IMG/VR virus record: IMGVR_UViG_3300035664_000006
Location: 31,884 to 95,883 of that record
Strand: one strand, 5' to 3'
DNA length: 64,000 nt
Source of the DNA: a virus
The position numbers and the translations under genes were made by a program. The notes under the pieces were generated by a model. It was not told the DNA's origin. It did no database searches and worked only from the letters and a program-made list of their open reading frames with translations. Below, piece by piece: positions 29,565 through 39,680 of this stretch; the stretch's first letter is position 1, and every line of letters starts with the position of its first letter.

Positions 29565-30524
29565 TTATTTATTGTTGGAATCGTACTCGTCTAAAACTTC
29601 AACCCAAGTTTCTGGAGTAACACAACAGGATCTAAGATCACCAAACCATTTTTTAAGGAATGGAATGAATCCGGTATGCATAATTTCACCATTTCTAATA
29701 GGTGAACCTAGTGGGCGCAATCTACCAACTTCTAAGCCTATGCCAGCACGTTTACTGGCATATTTTGCCATCATTTCGCCAGAAGCAAATATAGAGTCAA
29801 GATCGTCATCGCTCCGTATAAGGACGCAGCTAGAAAATTGTTTTGTTGGAGTTCCAAGCCCAGCAAGAACAGGAGTAGCAAGAGTGAATAGACCATCGGA
29901 CGCAGCATTATAATATTCCTTTATGTATTTCATTCTAGCAGAATTTGGTTCTTCTTTATGAAAGACCGTAGCTGCCGCAACCATATATCTAACTTGTGGA
30001 GTTTCGTATACTTCTTTGGTAGCACGATTTCTTAATAGATATTTTTCTATTAATTGTTCAATTGCTGCATAGGAATATTGTTCGTCTTTATCATGGTCAA
30101 TGAACGAGTCCATTTTATTCCATTCATCTTCTGCATACCAATCTAGAAGTTCTGGAGTATAAAGTCCTATTTCTATGTTTTTCTTTACGATGTCATAAAG
30201 TTTTGGTGGTTGATATTGTCCATATACATCTTTACGAAGCATTGACAACCGTTGTTTACCAGCCACATATTGATAATTTGTATGTCCGATATCAGGATTG
30301 GCTTCTATGTCAATAAGATTAACTATTGCACGTAATGTAATTTCATCGATTTCTTTGGTCGTAATGCCATCATAATAATGCGGTTGACTTTCGATTTCAA
30401 TCATTGACTGGCTAACATCAGCGATACCGCTACATACTTTAGCGATTTGATGCTGCCATTTTTCTAGGTTTAATGGTTCTTTAGTACCATTTCTTTTGAT
30501 TACTGTTATTTTATTCATATCCAT
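29565..30524 (-). CDS. nrdA: NrdA N-terminal piece (1 of 3, ATP cone) plus 19-aa split-intein N-fragment
   Basis: VIKRNG ATP cone, TPVLAG, QFSSCVL, DLRSC then CVTPETWVEV. Confidence 0.92.
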   Translation of the reverse strand: MDMNKITVIKRNGTKEPLNLEKWQHQIAKVCSGIADVSQSMIEIESQPHYYDGITTKEIDEITLRAIVNLIDIEANPDIGHTNYQYVAGKQRLSMLRKDVYGQYQPPKLYDIVKKNIEIGLYTPELLDWYAEDEWNKMDSFIDHDKDEQYSYAAIEQLIEKYLLRNRATKEVYETPQVRYMVAAATVFHKEEPNSARMKYIKEYYNAASDGLFTLATPVLAGLGTPTKQFSSCVLIRSDDDLDSIFASGEMMAKYASKRAGIGLEVGRLRPLGSPIRNGEIMHTGFIPFLKKWFGDLRSCCVTPETWVEVLDEYDSNNK

Positions 30525-30710
30525 ATGATGTGTACTCTCAATCCGTATTACTATATTAATTCTGTTTAGGTAGTATTTAGTGGGTTGGATTGATGTGTGA
30601 AAAATTTTGTAAGTCATTGAAATAGAACAGAATCTTATAAAAAGACGCTGTACTATTCAATGAATTATAGATATTATACACTGCATAACAAGAAATGTCT
30701 AGTGAAATTT

Positions 30711-32426
30711 TTAACTAATTGCTGTGTAGGTATAATGTAGATACCCAGCATCATTTGTAAGAAGGTTGGTATACGCAATGCTTAACGAATAGGGATCCTC
30801 ACCATTATCAAGTATCCCACCATTGATATCTAAGAAAGACACTTGGAAATCTAGTAATAGTGAGTTATCCATTGTGCCTGTACAGTTATATTCATCAGTT
30901 AATTGAATATGTTTAGCATCAATATCTACTACTATTGATAAAACCCCAGATCTAGTTTCGTTGTTTAAATTTTTATAATAATATTTGATATTATAGGTAA
31001 TAGAACCATCTGGCACCCCATCCACTGAACCTGCTAATGGTAATCTAAATAAAGCAGTACTATAAGTATTATATCCTAAAGAAACTCTGGTGGTTCCAAA
31101 TGAACTATATTCACAATGACCACTAACTTCTGGAATATATGCATAGGTAAGTGATGGATGTGATGATATTGCGGTGCGGTCTGATTTAATATTGTTAATA
31201 ACATTTCCGTAATATCTAGAATAAATTTGTGGGAATTCTTGATTATTTACATTCCCAAAATTGTTTCCTACATTGTATAATTCTATATTAGAAACATTAT
31301 TACCTGTACCTAAATCTATGAATATGGCATTTTGTTGCACACTATAGAACTTGTAATTATTGATTATAGTATCTCTTGAACCAAATTGTTGACCAATATT
31401 TACACCATCTGAATTAAAACCTAACACAAACCCTTGCTTTACATTAGTGACATATCCTTCATCAAACAAATTATTTATAATATCATTATCTGAATATACT
31501 CCGTAGTTGAAACCTGAAATATATATATTTTTAAAAATGTTACGTTCACATGTTACAAGTGAGGTAAAACCATATAATGCAATGCCTTTACTTAATTTGG
31601 TAATATCACCGACCCATCCTCCTTGTAGATTTAAATCTTCGAACGTACTATCCCTAACTGACTCTAATTGCAATGCAACTTGATCAATTGATGAAGTTAT
31701 AATTGATAATCCTTTAAATAATATGTATCGTGGTTGATTTGTATATTGGACATCGTTGGAATCGTTTGTAAAGTTACCATCTAGATTTGTATCTATTAAT
31801 CTACTACCCATTCCTGCTGGATTGCCAGGTGTAGATAAATCATTGACAAATCTAACTACTGGAGTGGCTGATGTATGACTGATTATAGTTTTACTAGAAC
31901 CTTCCCCTATGATCGTAGCGTAGCTTGGAATGAATAATGTCCCAGTAATTTTATATGTACCTGCTGGTATTTTTAATGTAATTCTTTTATATGAATTATT
32001 ATATGCTGTCCCTGCTGTATTCAAAAATAATTGATCAATTGCTCGTTGTAATGAGATAGTATCATCTACGATGCCGTCACCAATTACCCCAAAATCTTTT
32101 GTTGAAACATAATCATCTAAACGGTCTTGTACAGTACGATATACTGGATGATTAGAATCAATCCCAGTATGAATATTGGTATTATTGTCTTTATAAACTC
32201 GTTGGAAAATATTAAGAAGATCTGGATTGTTATCCAAATCTTTATATGTTAATAGTTTTGTATTACCAACTGATGGAGCTCCTTCAGAAACTGAACCATT
32301 TCCAATATATAACTCTTGACTATCAACACACCATGCTAATTCACCACTAGCTAATTGTGGAAGTCCTGTCCCTTCTAGTTTTTTACCACGTCTTTGTTGG
32401 ATTCTTGAGATTTGTACAACTGCCAT
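30711..32426 (-). CDS. virion protein with pectate-lyase-3-like beta-helix
   Basis: MAVVQISRIQQRRG; KDFGVIGDGIVDDT..IPAGTY. Confidence 0.7.
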   Translation of the reverse strand: MAVVQISRIQQRRGKKLEGTGLPQLASGELAWCVDSQELYIGNGSVSEGAPSVGNTKLLTYKDLDNNPDLLNIFQRVYKDNNTNIHTGIDSNHPVYRTVQDRLDDYVSTKDFGVIGDGIVDDTISLQRAIDQLFLNTAGTAYNNSYKRITLKIPAGTYKITGTLFIPSYATIIGEGSSKTIISHTSATPVVRFVNDLSTPGNPAGMGSRLIDTNLDGNFTNDSNDVQYTNQPRYILFKGLSIITSSIDQVALQLESVRDSTFEDLNLQGGWVGDITKLSKGIALYGFTSLVTCERNIFKNIYISGFNYGVYSDNDIINNLFDEGYVTNVKQGFVLGFNSDGVNIGQQFGSRDTIINNYKFYSVQQNAIFIDLGTGNNVSNIELYNVGNNFGNVNNQEFPQIYSRYYGNVINNIKSDRTAISSHPSLTYAYIPEVSGHCEYSSFGTTRVSLGYNTYSTALFRLPLAGSVDGVPDGSITYNIKYYYKNLNNETRSGVLSIVVDIDAKHIQLTDEYNCTGTMDNSLLLDFQVSFLDINGGILDNGEDPYSLSIAYTNLLTNDAGYLHYTYTAIS

Positions 32427-32465
32427 AAAATATCCTCTTTGATATATTTATAACATTTTGAACAT

Positions 32466-32490
32466 AAAAAAGCCCTAGAAGACTAGGGCT
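32466..32490 (-). terminator. intrinsic terminator
   Basis: AGCCCTAG stem followed by a U-tract. Confidence 0.7.
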
Positions 32491-32500
32491 ATGTGAAAAA

Positions 32501-33061
32501 TTAAGCTACTGTGAAAGAAGTTGCATCAGTTACGGTTGTTCCAGATAAATCGAACCCGATGGTAAATTCACCACCTGTGACTGATGTACTTGCTGCTTGA
32601 TTAAGTGTTAAACTAGTCCCAGCTGATACTGATGAAACAGTAGTTCCTGGTAATATACCAGGCCCAGTTACTGTTGCCCCAACCATTGTTGCTAGTGCTG
32701 AAGATGTTGCTAACGTAACAGTTCCATTAGTAGTACCGGTAATCGTTCTAACACCAGACACTCTGCGAATACGAGTTCTTAGTTCAGCTGCATCATTAAT
32801 TGCTTTATCCATTACCACATGGATTTTACCTGAATTATCAGCTGGTGACCAGTATGCTAGTGGACTGATTTCTTTGACGATTGCTTCTAATACGCCATCT
32901 GCCAATTGAGTTGATGAATCAATATAACTATCTTCATTTTGTAAATCAATTGCAGTTCCACCTGCAATTTTTACTGTAATTAAATATAAATTAGAATTTA
33001 CATTGTATAATGTTCCAACTTTTGTAGCTGAACCATTAATTCTTGATACCATTAAAGTCAT
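32501..33061 (-). CDS. putative virion structural protein
   Basis: Late promoter; T/S/G-rich. Confidence 0.6.
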   Translation of the reverse strand: MTLMVSRINGSATKVGTLYNVNSNLYLITVKIAGGTAIDLQNEDSYIDSSTQLADGVLEAIVKEISPLAYWSPADNSGKIHVVMDKAINDAAELRTRIRRVSGVRTITGTTNGTVTLATSSALATMVGATVTGPGILPGTTVSSVSAGTSLTLNQAASTSVTGGEFTIGFDLSGTTVTDATSFTVA

Positions 33062-33088
33062 TTTAAAAATCTCCGTTTTAAGTATTTA

Positions 33089-33805
33089 TCAGTTATTCTT
33101 GTAATATAATTCCACACGATCCCACCATTTATTCTCCCAATGACTAAAATTTTCTGGTTTTAGAATAAATTCTTGATATTGTGGAATACCCCATATACCA
33201 GGGGATGTTTCCGGTGGTTTTACACACATTAAAATTACACCTTTCCGTACATTGGTACCATGTACCTTATTATGGGCTAGTGCATATGCAGTTAATTGAA
33301 GATAATAATCCTCAATCCATTCTTCTTTTTTAGGTTTATTGGATTGTTTATAGTCAAATATTGCTTCATCATTTGTATGAATACCCAATGCATCAGCAGT
33401 TCCTGCATATAGCCCTGGATAATATAATCCAACCTCAGACCCCCATATTTCATTTATATTTAAAAATCCATTAGATATAATAGTATCAGCCATTAGATGG
33501 CTTTGTTTACTATATGGATTTGTACCAGCTGGAGTCAATTGGCCATTTGCAATAAAGTCTTCTAAAAACTTATGCATTCGTGTTCCACGGCCAGCAGCTT
33601 CAGTTGTTATTTCTTGTGCTTTTGTTTCGCCGACCGACTTCCTCCATTTCATAATGGATTCCATCTTTTCTTTTGATTTTGTCTTGTCAAGAATTGTTGT
33701 TACTGAGGGAACCTTAGAACCATCTGGGCAAAGATATAATCGTTTGCCCTGTTCTTCGTTTCTATTGATTGGTGTGTAATTATAGCGTTCTGTTAGTAAA
33801 GTCAT
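33089..33805 (-). CDS. PD-(D/E)xK exonuclease (Cas4/lambda-exo-like)
   Basis: PSVTTIL, RGTRMH, YAGTAD, FDYKQS, QLTAYA. Confidence 0.85.
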   Translation of the reverse strand: MTLLTERYNYTPINRNEEQGKRLYLCPDGSKVPSVTTILDKTKSKEKMESIMKWRKSVGETKAQEITTEAAGRGTRMHKFLEDFIANGQLTPAGTNPYSKQSHLMADTIISNGFLNINEIWGSEVGLYYPGLYAGTADALGIHTNDEAIFDYKQSNKPKKEEWIEDYYLQLTAYALAHNKVHGTNVRKGVILMCVKPPETSPGIWGIPQYQEFILKPENFSHWENKWWDRVELYYKNN

Positions 33806-33842
33806 AAGGTATTATATAACATTTACTAACAGAGGTCAATTA

Positions 33843-34202
33843 CTATTTTGATTTTAAAGCATGTTTAGCCATACTAGATACTTGTGAATGTGTTGGGTCT
33901 ACTTCTTGATTGTTAACCATATCAGGTTGTTGACTATCAGGCACTAATCTAATACCATTATCATCAAAACTATCTCTATTACCATTTACAATGTTGTGTA
34001 ATGGACCACTTGGATCTTCTGAATCGTATCGTAAAGCAAATGAATTGTAATCTATACTTGGACCACCAAAGTTTGATAATGCTGTATTAATAGTATCCCA
34101 ATCTACTGGTGTTTCTTGTTTCTCCGGATGGAAATTTAAATCCGCTTGCAGTAATTTTAAAACTTTAACAAGCGGATCATCTGCTTCAGCAGCTTCAATT
34201 AC
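33843..34202 (-). CDS. start-less 119-codon frame, probable -1 frameshift extension of the upstream gene
   Basis: Open frame VIEAAEADDPLV...ALKSK*, preceded by A AAA AAG; no initiator after the upstream TAG. Confidence 0.6.
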   Translation of the reverse strand, partial: VIEAAEADDPLVKVLKLLQADLNFHPEKQETPVDWDTINTALSNFGGPSIDYNSFALRYDSEDPSGPLHNIVNGNRDSFDDNGIRLVPDSQQPDMVNNQEVDPTHSQVSSMAKHALKSK

Positions 34203-35146
34203 TTTTTTTTTGAGCTTAAAAGCATTCCTAGTCTACGACTATAATCAATACTTTCGCGTTTCATTCTACCAGCTTCTGTGGCTGGGGGCATTTCACCACC
34301 TTCTTCACCACCAATATCTCCACCTAATTCTGGAGTACCGGTTTCACCACCCATTGGAGAACCACCCATTGGAGAACCACCCATTGGAGCACCCATTGTT
34401 TCACCTTGCTCACCTGACACAATCGCCAAACCATTTGAAAGACCTTCACGACCAGCAACCAATGCTGTGTAGATCCCTTCTAATGCTTGGGATACAACTT
34501 GATTAAATTGCCCTGATACCTCACTACCTTGTTCTGCTCTGATTGAGTCTAACAATTCTAATAATTGATCTGCTTTCATCGCTGCAGTATCTTCAATCCA
34601 GTTAGTGATCTTACCAACCATATCTTTTGTAGCTAAGATATTTTCTGCTTTTTGTTCTTCACCTTCTAATAGCATCCAACTTGCCTGTGATTCAGACAAA
34701 TCGTATCTTAATGTCAATTCAGCAGCTAATTCTTGTCTATCAGATTCACCCAATTGAATTCGTTTAATTGCATTTTTAATCCAACTTTCTGGTACTGACA
34801 TTTTTTCTGCGCGGTGACGAATTGCCGATACCATGGCCTCATTGCTTATTTGCTTACGAGGTTTTTCAGAATTTTCTGCCAATTCAGCAGCTTCTTCTCT
34901 TTCGAAGATTGCTTGATTAACTACGTCTAATAAAGCACGAGTTTTTTGATATTTTGAATTTTCTAAAATATTATCATAACTTTCGTTCATTTCTAGTTGG
35001 CTTAATTCAGTGCGTAATTTATTACGTACATCTTCTAGTTGAACGTCTGAAAACTGTTCTAATTTTAATTTGTAACCGAAAGTCTTAGCCATGCTTTCGT
35101 TTAGTTTTTTACTTGTTACTTTTTGTGATAAATCTTTAATTTGCAT
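34199..35146 (-). CDS. putative prohead core/scaffold-like protein
   Basis: Acidic helical protein with LxE sites and G/P/M-rich tail; late promoter. Confidence 0.55.
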   Translation of the reverse strand: MQIKDLSQKVTSKKLNESMAKTFGYKLKLEQFSDVQLEDVRNKLRTELSQLEMNESYDNILENSKYQKTRALLDVVNQAIFEREEAAELAENSEKPRKQISNEAMVSAIRHRAEKMSVPESWIKNAIKRIQLGESDRQELAAELTLRYDLSESQASWMLLEGEEQKAENILATKDMVGKITNWIEDTAAMKADQLLELLDSIRAEQGSEVSGQFNQVVSQALEGIYTALVAGREGLSNGLAIVSGEQGETMGAPMGGSPMGGSPMGGETGTPELGGDIGGEEGGEMPPATEAGRMKRESIDYSRRLGMLLSSKKK

Positions 35147-35181
35147 GTTAGTGTTCCTTATAACATTTCTCTATCATGTAT

Positions 35182-35616
35182 TTATACAAAAGTATGTTTA
35201 AACATTCTAGAAATAATTTTTTTATAGTATTCAGATTGGTTGGTACTTTCCTCCAATTTTGTTAATACTATGAGGTATTTTTCATCTGGTAATTTATCAA
35301 TCATGTTTTTAAATATTAAAGTATCACTATAATTAAACCAATAGCTATTATCTAATTCTTTTATTTCATGGCATCTATTATATTGCCTATGGTTATAAAA
35401 TTTAGCGGCCATTAACGCACAACTTTTCAAATAGTATTGATTGATCAAATCTTTATTTAAAATGTTAAAAACACCCCAATTACCATTAGGCAATTTTTTA
35501 ACTAAAAAATCTTTATAACCAAGTGCCCCATTAGGTAGAATTTTTATTGGTAAATTTGCTTGAAGTTCTTGGTCAAAATAATTTGCTAATTCTTTAATTA
35601 CTGTCTTTGTTTTCAT
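35182..35616 (-). CDS. hypothetical protein
   Basis: 144-aa ORF. Confidence 0.65.
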   Translation of the reverse strand: MKTKTVIKELANYFDQELQANLPIKILPNGALGYKDFLVKKLPNGNWGVFNILNKDLINQYYLKSCALMAAKFYNHRQYNRCHEIKELDNSYWFNYSDTLIFKNMIDKLPDEKYLIVLTKLEESTNQSEYYKKIISRMFKHTFV

Positions 35617-35806
35617 TAGCCACCACCGATGGGTTGTTAAATCCTATCTTAGAAACCAGATTCTTACGAATCATCGATTGAATTCTAAATTGTTCATGTT
35701 CACTAAGACTACTTAATTTTACTGGTGATTGTAATTTTTCTAATAACTTGGACTCCTCATTAGTCATCCAAATTTCCATAGTAGTAAATAATTCTTTTAG
35801 TTTCAT
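35594..35806 (-). CDS. hypothetical protein
   Basis: 70 aa, N-terminus MKLKEL. Confidence 0.6.
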   Translation of the reverse strand: MKLKELFTTMEIWMTNEESKLLEKLQSPVKLSSLSEHEQFRIQSMIRKNLVSKIGFNNPSVVANENKDSN

Positions 35807-36294
35807 CTTAGGTTAGCTATTGTAAGCCATCTATTCAATTCATCATTTTCAGGTAATACATCACGGGAATTGCCTCCGGTTGAACTTATATTACTACCTC
35901 TGGCTGCTCGTTCGTATGCTCTATCAACTATTTTATTGATTAAGTTATCTGTTCGATCTCCACCAACATCATTATTTCCATTGTCAACTAGGTCTGCTTG
36001 TTCTTCTTCACTGGTTTCACCCATTGTAGTAGATAATTGTGAAGATAAATCAGATGGTAATTCAACTTCTGCACCAACCTTTGGTCCAACTTGTTGTTGA
36101 TCAGTTGAAGAAGTTTGAGTCATTGCATTTGGGTCTAATGAAAGCTTGTTAGGATCATTCGGGTCCATTTGATGAATCGCTGTCATTTTTTCTGGAGGAA
36201 GTGTTAATTTAACACCATCTTGGGCGGTTAGTTCAATTCCTTGAGGACTTGATTGTGTTACCTTGTAATTTTCCATTATTTCTTTAATTTTCAT
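35803..36294 (-). CDS. hypothetical protein, putative head protein
   Basis: N-terminus MKIKEIME. Confidence 0.6.
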   Translation of the reverse strand: MKIKEIMENYKVTQSSPQGIELTAQDGVKLTLPPEKMTAIHQMDPNDPNKLSLDPNAMTQTSSTDQQQVGPKVGAEVELPSDLSSQLSTTMGETSEEEQADLVDNGNNDVGGDRTDNLINKIVDRAYERAARGSNISSTGGNSRDVLPENDELNRWLTIANLR

Positions 36295-36305
36295 TCTTGT
36301 TCCTA

Positions 36306-36545
36306 TTAGAATTTCATAATGATAGTAACAATAGTTGAAAGCATACCAGCTACAATAGTTGCAGTAGCACCAATAATAACTTTACTCATACTTGCTTTAC
36401 TTTCTTCAATTTTTCCAGAAAGTGTTTCTACCTTTGTTTCAATTGTATGTAATCTGGTTTCTAGATTTTGGTATCTCAATGCACATAACTCTACGTGACT
36501 TTCTAGGTTTTCTTTTTCAATATCGGTTGGTTTCAACGTTGTCAT
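36306..36545 (-). CDS. coiled-coil protein with C-terminal TM helix
   Basis: LESHVELCALRY motif; hydrophobic tail. Confidence 0.65.
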   Translation of the reverse strand: MTTLKPTDIEKENLESHVELCALRYQNLETRLHTIETKVETLSGKIEESKASMSKVIIGATATIVAGMLSTIVTIIMKF

Positions 36546-36586
36546 TATTATCTCCAGGTATCCTGTTCAAGGGGTGTATGTTATAT

Positions 36587-37009
36587 TTATTGCTTTTTAT
36601 GGAAAACAATATTCTTATTTTTACCTTCTGTAACAAATACCGCGAAATTTTGCTCTAATAATTCATCAAGACCATCAATATATGGTACTAACTCGAAATC
36701 TTCTTTTAAGAACCCAACCGGATCGTTATCATTAAAGTATACATCTTCCCTTTCAGTTCCAAAATCAAATCGCCATACTCTAATTATCTCATTGGTATCA
36801 AATCCTATCAGACTACCTTTTACTTCAGTCATAATAGGATTTTCAAAATATGATAAATTAGCTCTTATACCTAATGATTGCAGAACGGTATTGAAATTCT
36901 GTTCTTTCCATCGAGCAGCTTCTTTTCCTAATTCAGCTCTATATTGTCCGGTATGTGTAATATCTACGAGTGTATATAATTTATAATTCATAACGTATTT
37001 AATAGACAT
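36587..37009 (-). CDS. hypothetical phage protein
   Basis: LYTLVDITHTG..QNFNTVLQ. Confidence 0.65.
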   Translation of the reverse strand: MSIKYVMNYKLYTLVDITHTGQYRAELGKEAARWKEQNFNTVLQSLGIRANLSYFENPIMTEVKGSLIGFDTNEIIRVWRFDFGTEREDVYFNDNDPVGFLKEDFELVPYIDGLDELLEQNFAVFVTEGKNKNIVFHKKQ

Positions 37010-37043
37010 AAAAAAAAGGAGTTACATTTCTGTAACTCCTTTT
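37010..37043 (-). terminator. intrinsic terminator
   Basis: AAAGGAGTTACA/TGTAACTCCTTT stem plus U-tract. Confidence 0.75.
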
Positions 37044-37066
37044 AATTACTTAATGGTAATTAGTAA

Positions 37067-37591
37067 TTAAACTAATGAACCAATTGACGCACCAACGAAG
37101 TTTTTTGCACCAGCTGCAACATCAATTGCAGTTACTGCAATAGTACCATTGTAAACGAAACCAGCACTACCAACAGGAGTTTTGTTTCCTAAACGACCTG
37201 ATAATGCATCAGTAATAGCTGATTCTAAATCGGTCCAAGTTTTGTCTTGAACATTTGCGTTTGAACCAGTACCGCTATCATTGGCAGTGTCATACGCGAT
37301 AACTGCAACGAAATCAGTAGCAGTTGGTTGACCGATTGCATAAATTTCTGCAACTGTTTGGATTGCACGAACTGCAGCTGAATAGTAGCTATCGCTATCA
37401 GTATATGCACCAGTATATGCACCCGATGTTGCACCAGTAACAACATATGCTTGTTTTGTTAAGTCGATATCGCTATCGCCGCCTGTACCAGCGTTGATGT
37501 TGATAATACGTAATTGACGTGTGCCAAAGTTTGTGCTTGGGCTAGTTTTTAAATAGTTAGTGGTAACTGTAGTACCGATTAATGATGGCAT
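37067..37591 (-). CDS. putative virion structural protein
   Basis: Late promoter, GGAG RBS, own terminator. Confidence 0.6.
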   Translation of the reverse strand: MPSLIGTTVTTNYLKTSPSTNFGTRQLRIININAGTGGDSDIDLTKQAYVVTGATSGAYTGAYTDSDSYYSAAVRAIQTVAEIYAIGQPTATDFVAVIAYDTANDSGTGSNANVQDKTWTDLESAITDALSGRLGNKTPVGSAGFVYNGTIAVTAIDVAAGAKNFVGASIGSLV

Positions 37592-37672
37592 AATATTTTC
37601 TCCTATATGCTTTTCAACTCACTACTCTGTGAGCTTGTAATATTATTTAGTGTTTTTTTAGAAAATGGCTTG

Positions 37673-37933
37673 TTAAGTCTTGTTTTCTTTACTTTCTTGA
37701 ATTTTCTTAATACCTCGTTTGAATTTAGAACCATCTCCAGCTTTAATGCTATTGATAAATCGTCTTTCTAATTCACCTGCAGTTTCTTCATCGTATATTT
37801 CTCTGATGGATTCCAATAAATTAATTGCACTTTGAATGATGTTAGAACCACGACTTTCGATAATTAAATCGCTATCCCGGTTCATCCCAATGTTGCTTAA
37901 TTCTTGTAAAATGCTTCTAGTACTCTTACGCAT
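37673..37933 (-). CDS. conserved hypothetical phage protein
   Basis: MRKSTRSILQEL..ELERRFINSI. Confidence 0.65.
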   Translation of the reverse strand: MRKSTRSILQELSNIGMNRDSDLIIESRGSNIIQSAINLLESIREIYDEETAGELERRFINSIKAGDGSKFKRGIKKIQESKENKT

Positions 37934-38043
37934 AGTATTATTCCCTATACTGTATTTATAGTAATATGAAAAATGTGCTTGATTTTTAAAGTTTCTATGG
38001 TATAATTTACTTTCACAACAACAGACATACACAGGAGAATATT

Positions 38044-38277
38044 ATGTCAACACAACAAAGGGAAGTACTTAAAACTCAACCACAAGGTAAAACAGGCTAT
38101 GACATCAGATCTGATATCTTAATGATGGCTAAAGATCTAGCAATAAAAGAATTTGAGTCGGAATTTGAATACTGGAAGATTTTAAACCAAGGTATAGAAA
38201 GCAAACCAGAATTCCCATCAATTGATAAAGTTCTTGAGATTGCTAATAGAATGAATGATTTTGTTGGTAAGAAGTAA
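38044..38277 (+). CDS. hypothetical protein
   Basis: AGGAG RBS; GYDIRSDILMMAK..FPS; terminator at 38281-38306. Confidence 0.7.
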   Translation: MSTQQREVLKTQPQGKTGYDIRSDILMMAKDLAIKEFESEFEYWKILNQGIESKPEFPSIDKVLEIANRMNDFVGKK

Positions 38278-38304
38278 CTAAAAAGGCCCTTCGGGGCCTT
38301 TCTT

Positions 38305-38962
38305 TTATGATTTACGTTGAATTGCTCTAGCTTTTTTTGTGGATTCAGATAATTTTTGCCTCGTTTCTTCAGACATTGGTGGCCTGTTCTTAGCAGCATT
38401 GCTCATTTTTATACGAGTTTCGTCTGATATGCCTTTAACACCTTTGTTCCAAGGTTCTCTTCCTATATTACTTTTTGACAAATTTGAAATATTATTTGCA
38501 ACTCGTGGATCCGATTTGGTCAATCCTTTATTCCAAGGTGTTTGAACTCCTTTTAATCCTTTATTCCAAGGTGGAATTCCTTTAGAGGAAATACTCTTTT
38601 TTTGTATTGCTTCTGCTGATATTTTTTTGCCTTTATGAGCCATACCAATTTTTTTTCCTAGTTTCTTCTGATAAATTTGCAGTCCCATCTCCCCCATCTG
38701 TTTTATTAAGTAGAATACCGGTTCCAATATCTTTTCGTCCATACCATCTAATTAAACGGCGTTCTAATGCGAATGCTCCGAGTTCTGTTAAATTTGATTC
38801 ACATATAATAATATAAGAATGATCTGATGGAACTGGAATGCGGGTAGCATGTTTATTCCATGCTCGATTGCCTTTACCTTTTCCGATATAATACGGGGTT
38901 CCTGCAGATGCAGTTGATGATGAAATTTTACGCATATACGCATAAACATAATAAATACACAT
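38305..38962 (-). pseudogene. GIY-YIG/NUMOD3 homing endonuclease split by one extra A in an A8 run
   Basis: YVYAY..YYIGKG in one frame, PWNKG repeats in the next; removing one A at 38649-38656 joins them. Confidence 0.75.
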
Positions 38963-39029
38963 GTTGATACTCCTTTACAGTATTAAAGTAGTTGGGAACT
39001 CCAATTCCGCGAACTACATATTATTCTAT
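38951..39029 (-). promoter_or_regulatory. conserved endonuclease leader element, copy 4
   Basis: Reverse strand GTAGTTCGCGGAA-TTGGAG-TTCCCAACTAC..AGGAGTATCAACATG. Confidence 0.85.
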
Positions 39030-39422
39030 CGATTCTTTACCAAATAAATCTGGGTTTAATTTACCCCATTTACGCATAATTATACCAGCTATGTAATTTG
39101 CCTCATTTTCATGCGGACTTCCATCTTTTCCACTGTCAGCATTTAATTCATTATTCAAATCTTGCCGATAGTGGACTAATTCATGTGCTAATGTTCTACA
39201 ACAATCCATGATATGACGATTCTTGATGGTTAAATTGATATTATGTCCACCATAACCACCAAAAGAACGATATTCTACACTATGAGAATTATCTTTTTGA
39301 AGATTAATATTGGGTAAACTATCTAATTGTAATTCTTTTTTGGCAAACTTAATAAAAGCATGAAGAATATCTTCTGCTTTATCTCGATTCAATCCTTCTG
39401 ATAGTATTTCTCGTATTTTCAT
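39021..39422 (-). CDS. HExxH metallopeptidase-like protein, putative internal head protein
   Basis: TLAHELVH..ENEAN; N-terminus MKIREILSE. Confidence 0.7.
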   Translation of the reverse strand: MKIREILSEGLNRDKAEDILHAFIKFAKKELQLDSLPNINLQKDNSHSVEYRSFGGYGGHNINLTIKNRHIMDCCRTLAHELVHYRQDLNNELNADSGKDGSPHENEANYIAGIIMRKWGKLNPDLFGKESIE

Positions 39423-39454
39423 AGTAGTATTTATCAACTGAACTAAAAGACTAT

Positions 39455-39679
39455 TTACTTTGGGTTCGACAACATGTTTTTTAAATATTCATTAAACTCG
39501 TCAATATTACCTATGAAACGGTCATTGGTTTCTTTATGCTGCCATACCCAGTCAGTATTATTGACCGGATCAACTGTGTAATTATTAGTAATTCTAATAT
39601 CAGAAACTGGAAAATTAGTATAAAATTCCTCCATTTCTGGACTTATTTGTGATTCTTCTGCTGATTTAATATCTTCCAT
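39455..39679 (-). CDS. hypothetical protein
   Basis: 74-aa ORF. Confidence 0.55.
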   Translation of the reverse strand: MEDIKSAEESQISPEMEEFYTNFPVSDIRITNNYTVDPVNNTDWVWQHKETNDRFIGNIDEFNEYLKNMLSNPK

Positions 39680-39680
39680 G

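Noticed and set aside
25752-30524. Group I introns explaining the nrdA breaks
   Set aside because: The endonuclease ORFs overlap or nearly abut the nrdA pieces, leaving no room for an intron core; intein motifs explain the first break.
33089-33805. Cas4 as part of a CRISPR system
   Set aside because: No array or other cas genes in the window; it is a common stand-alone phage exonuclease.
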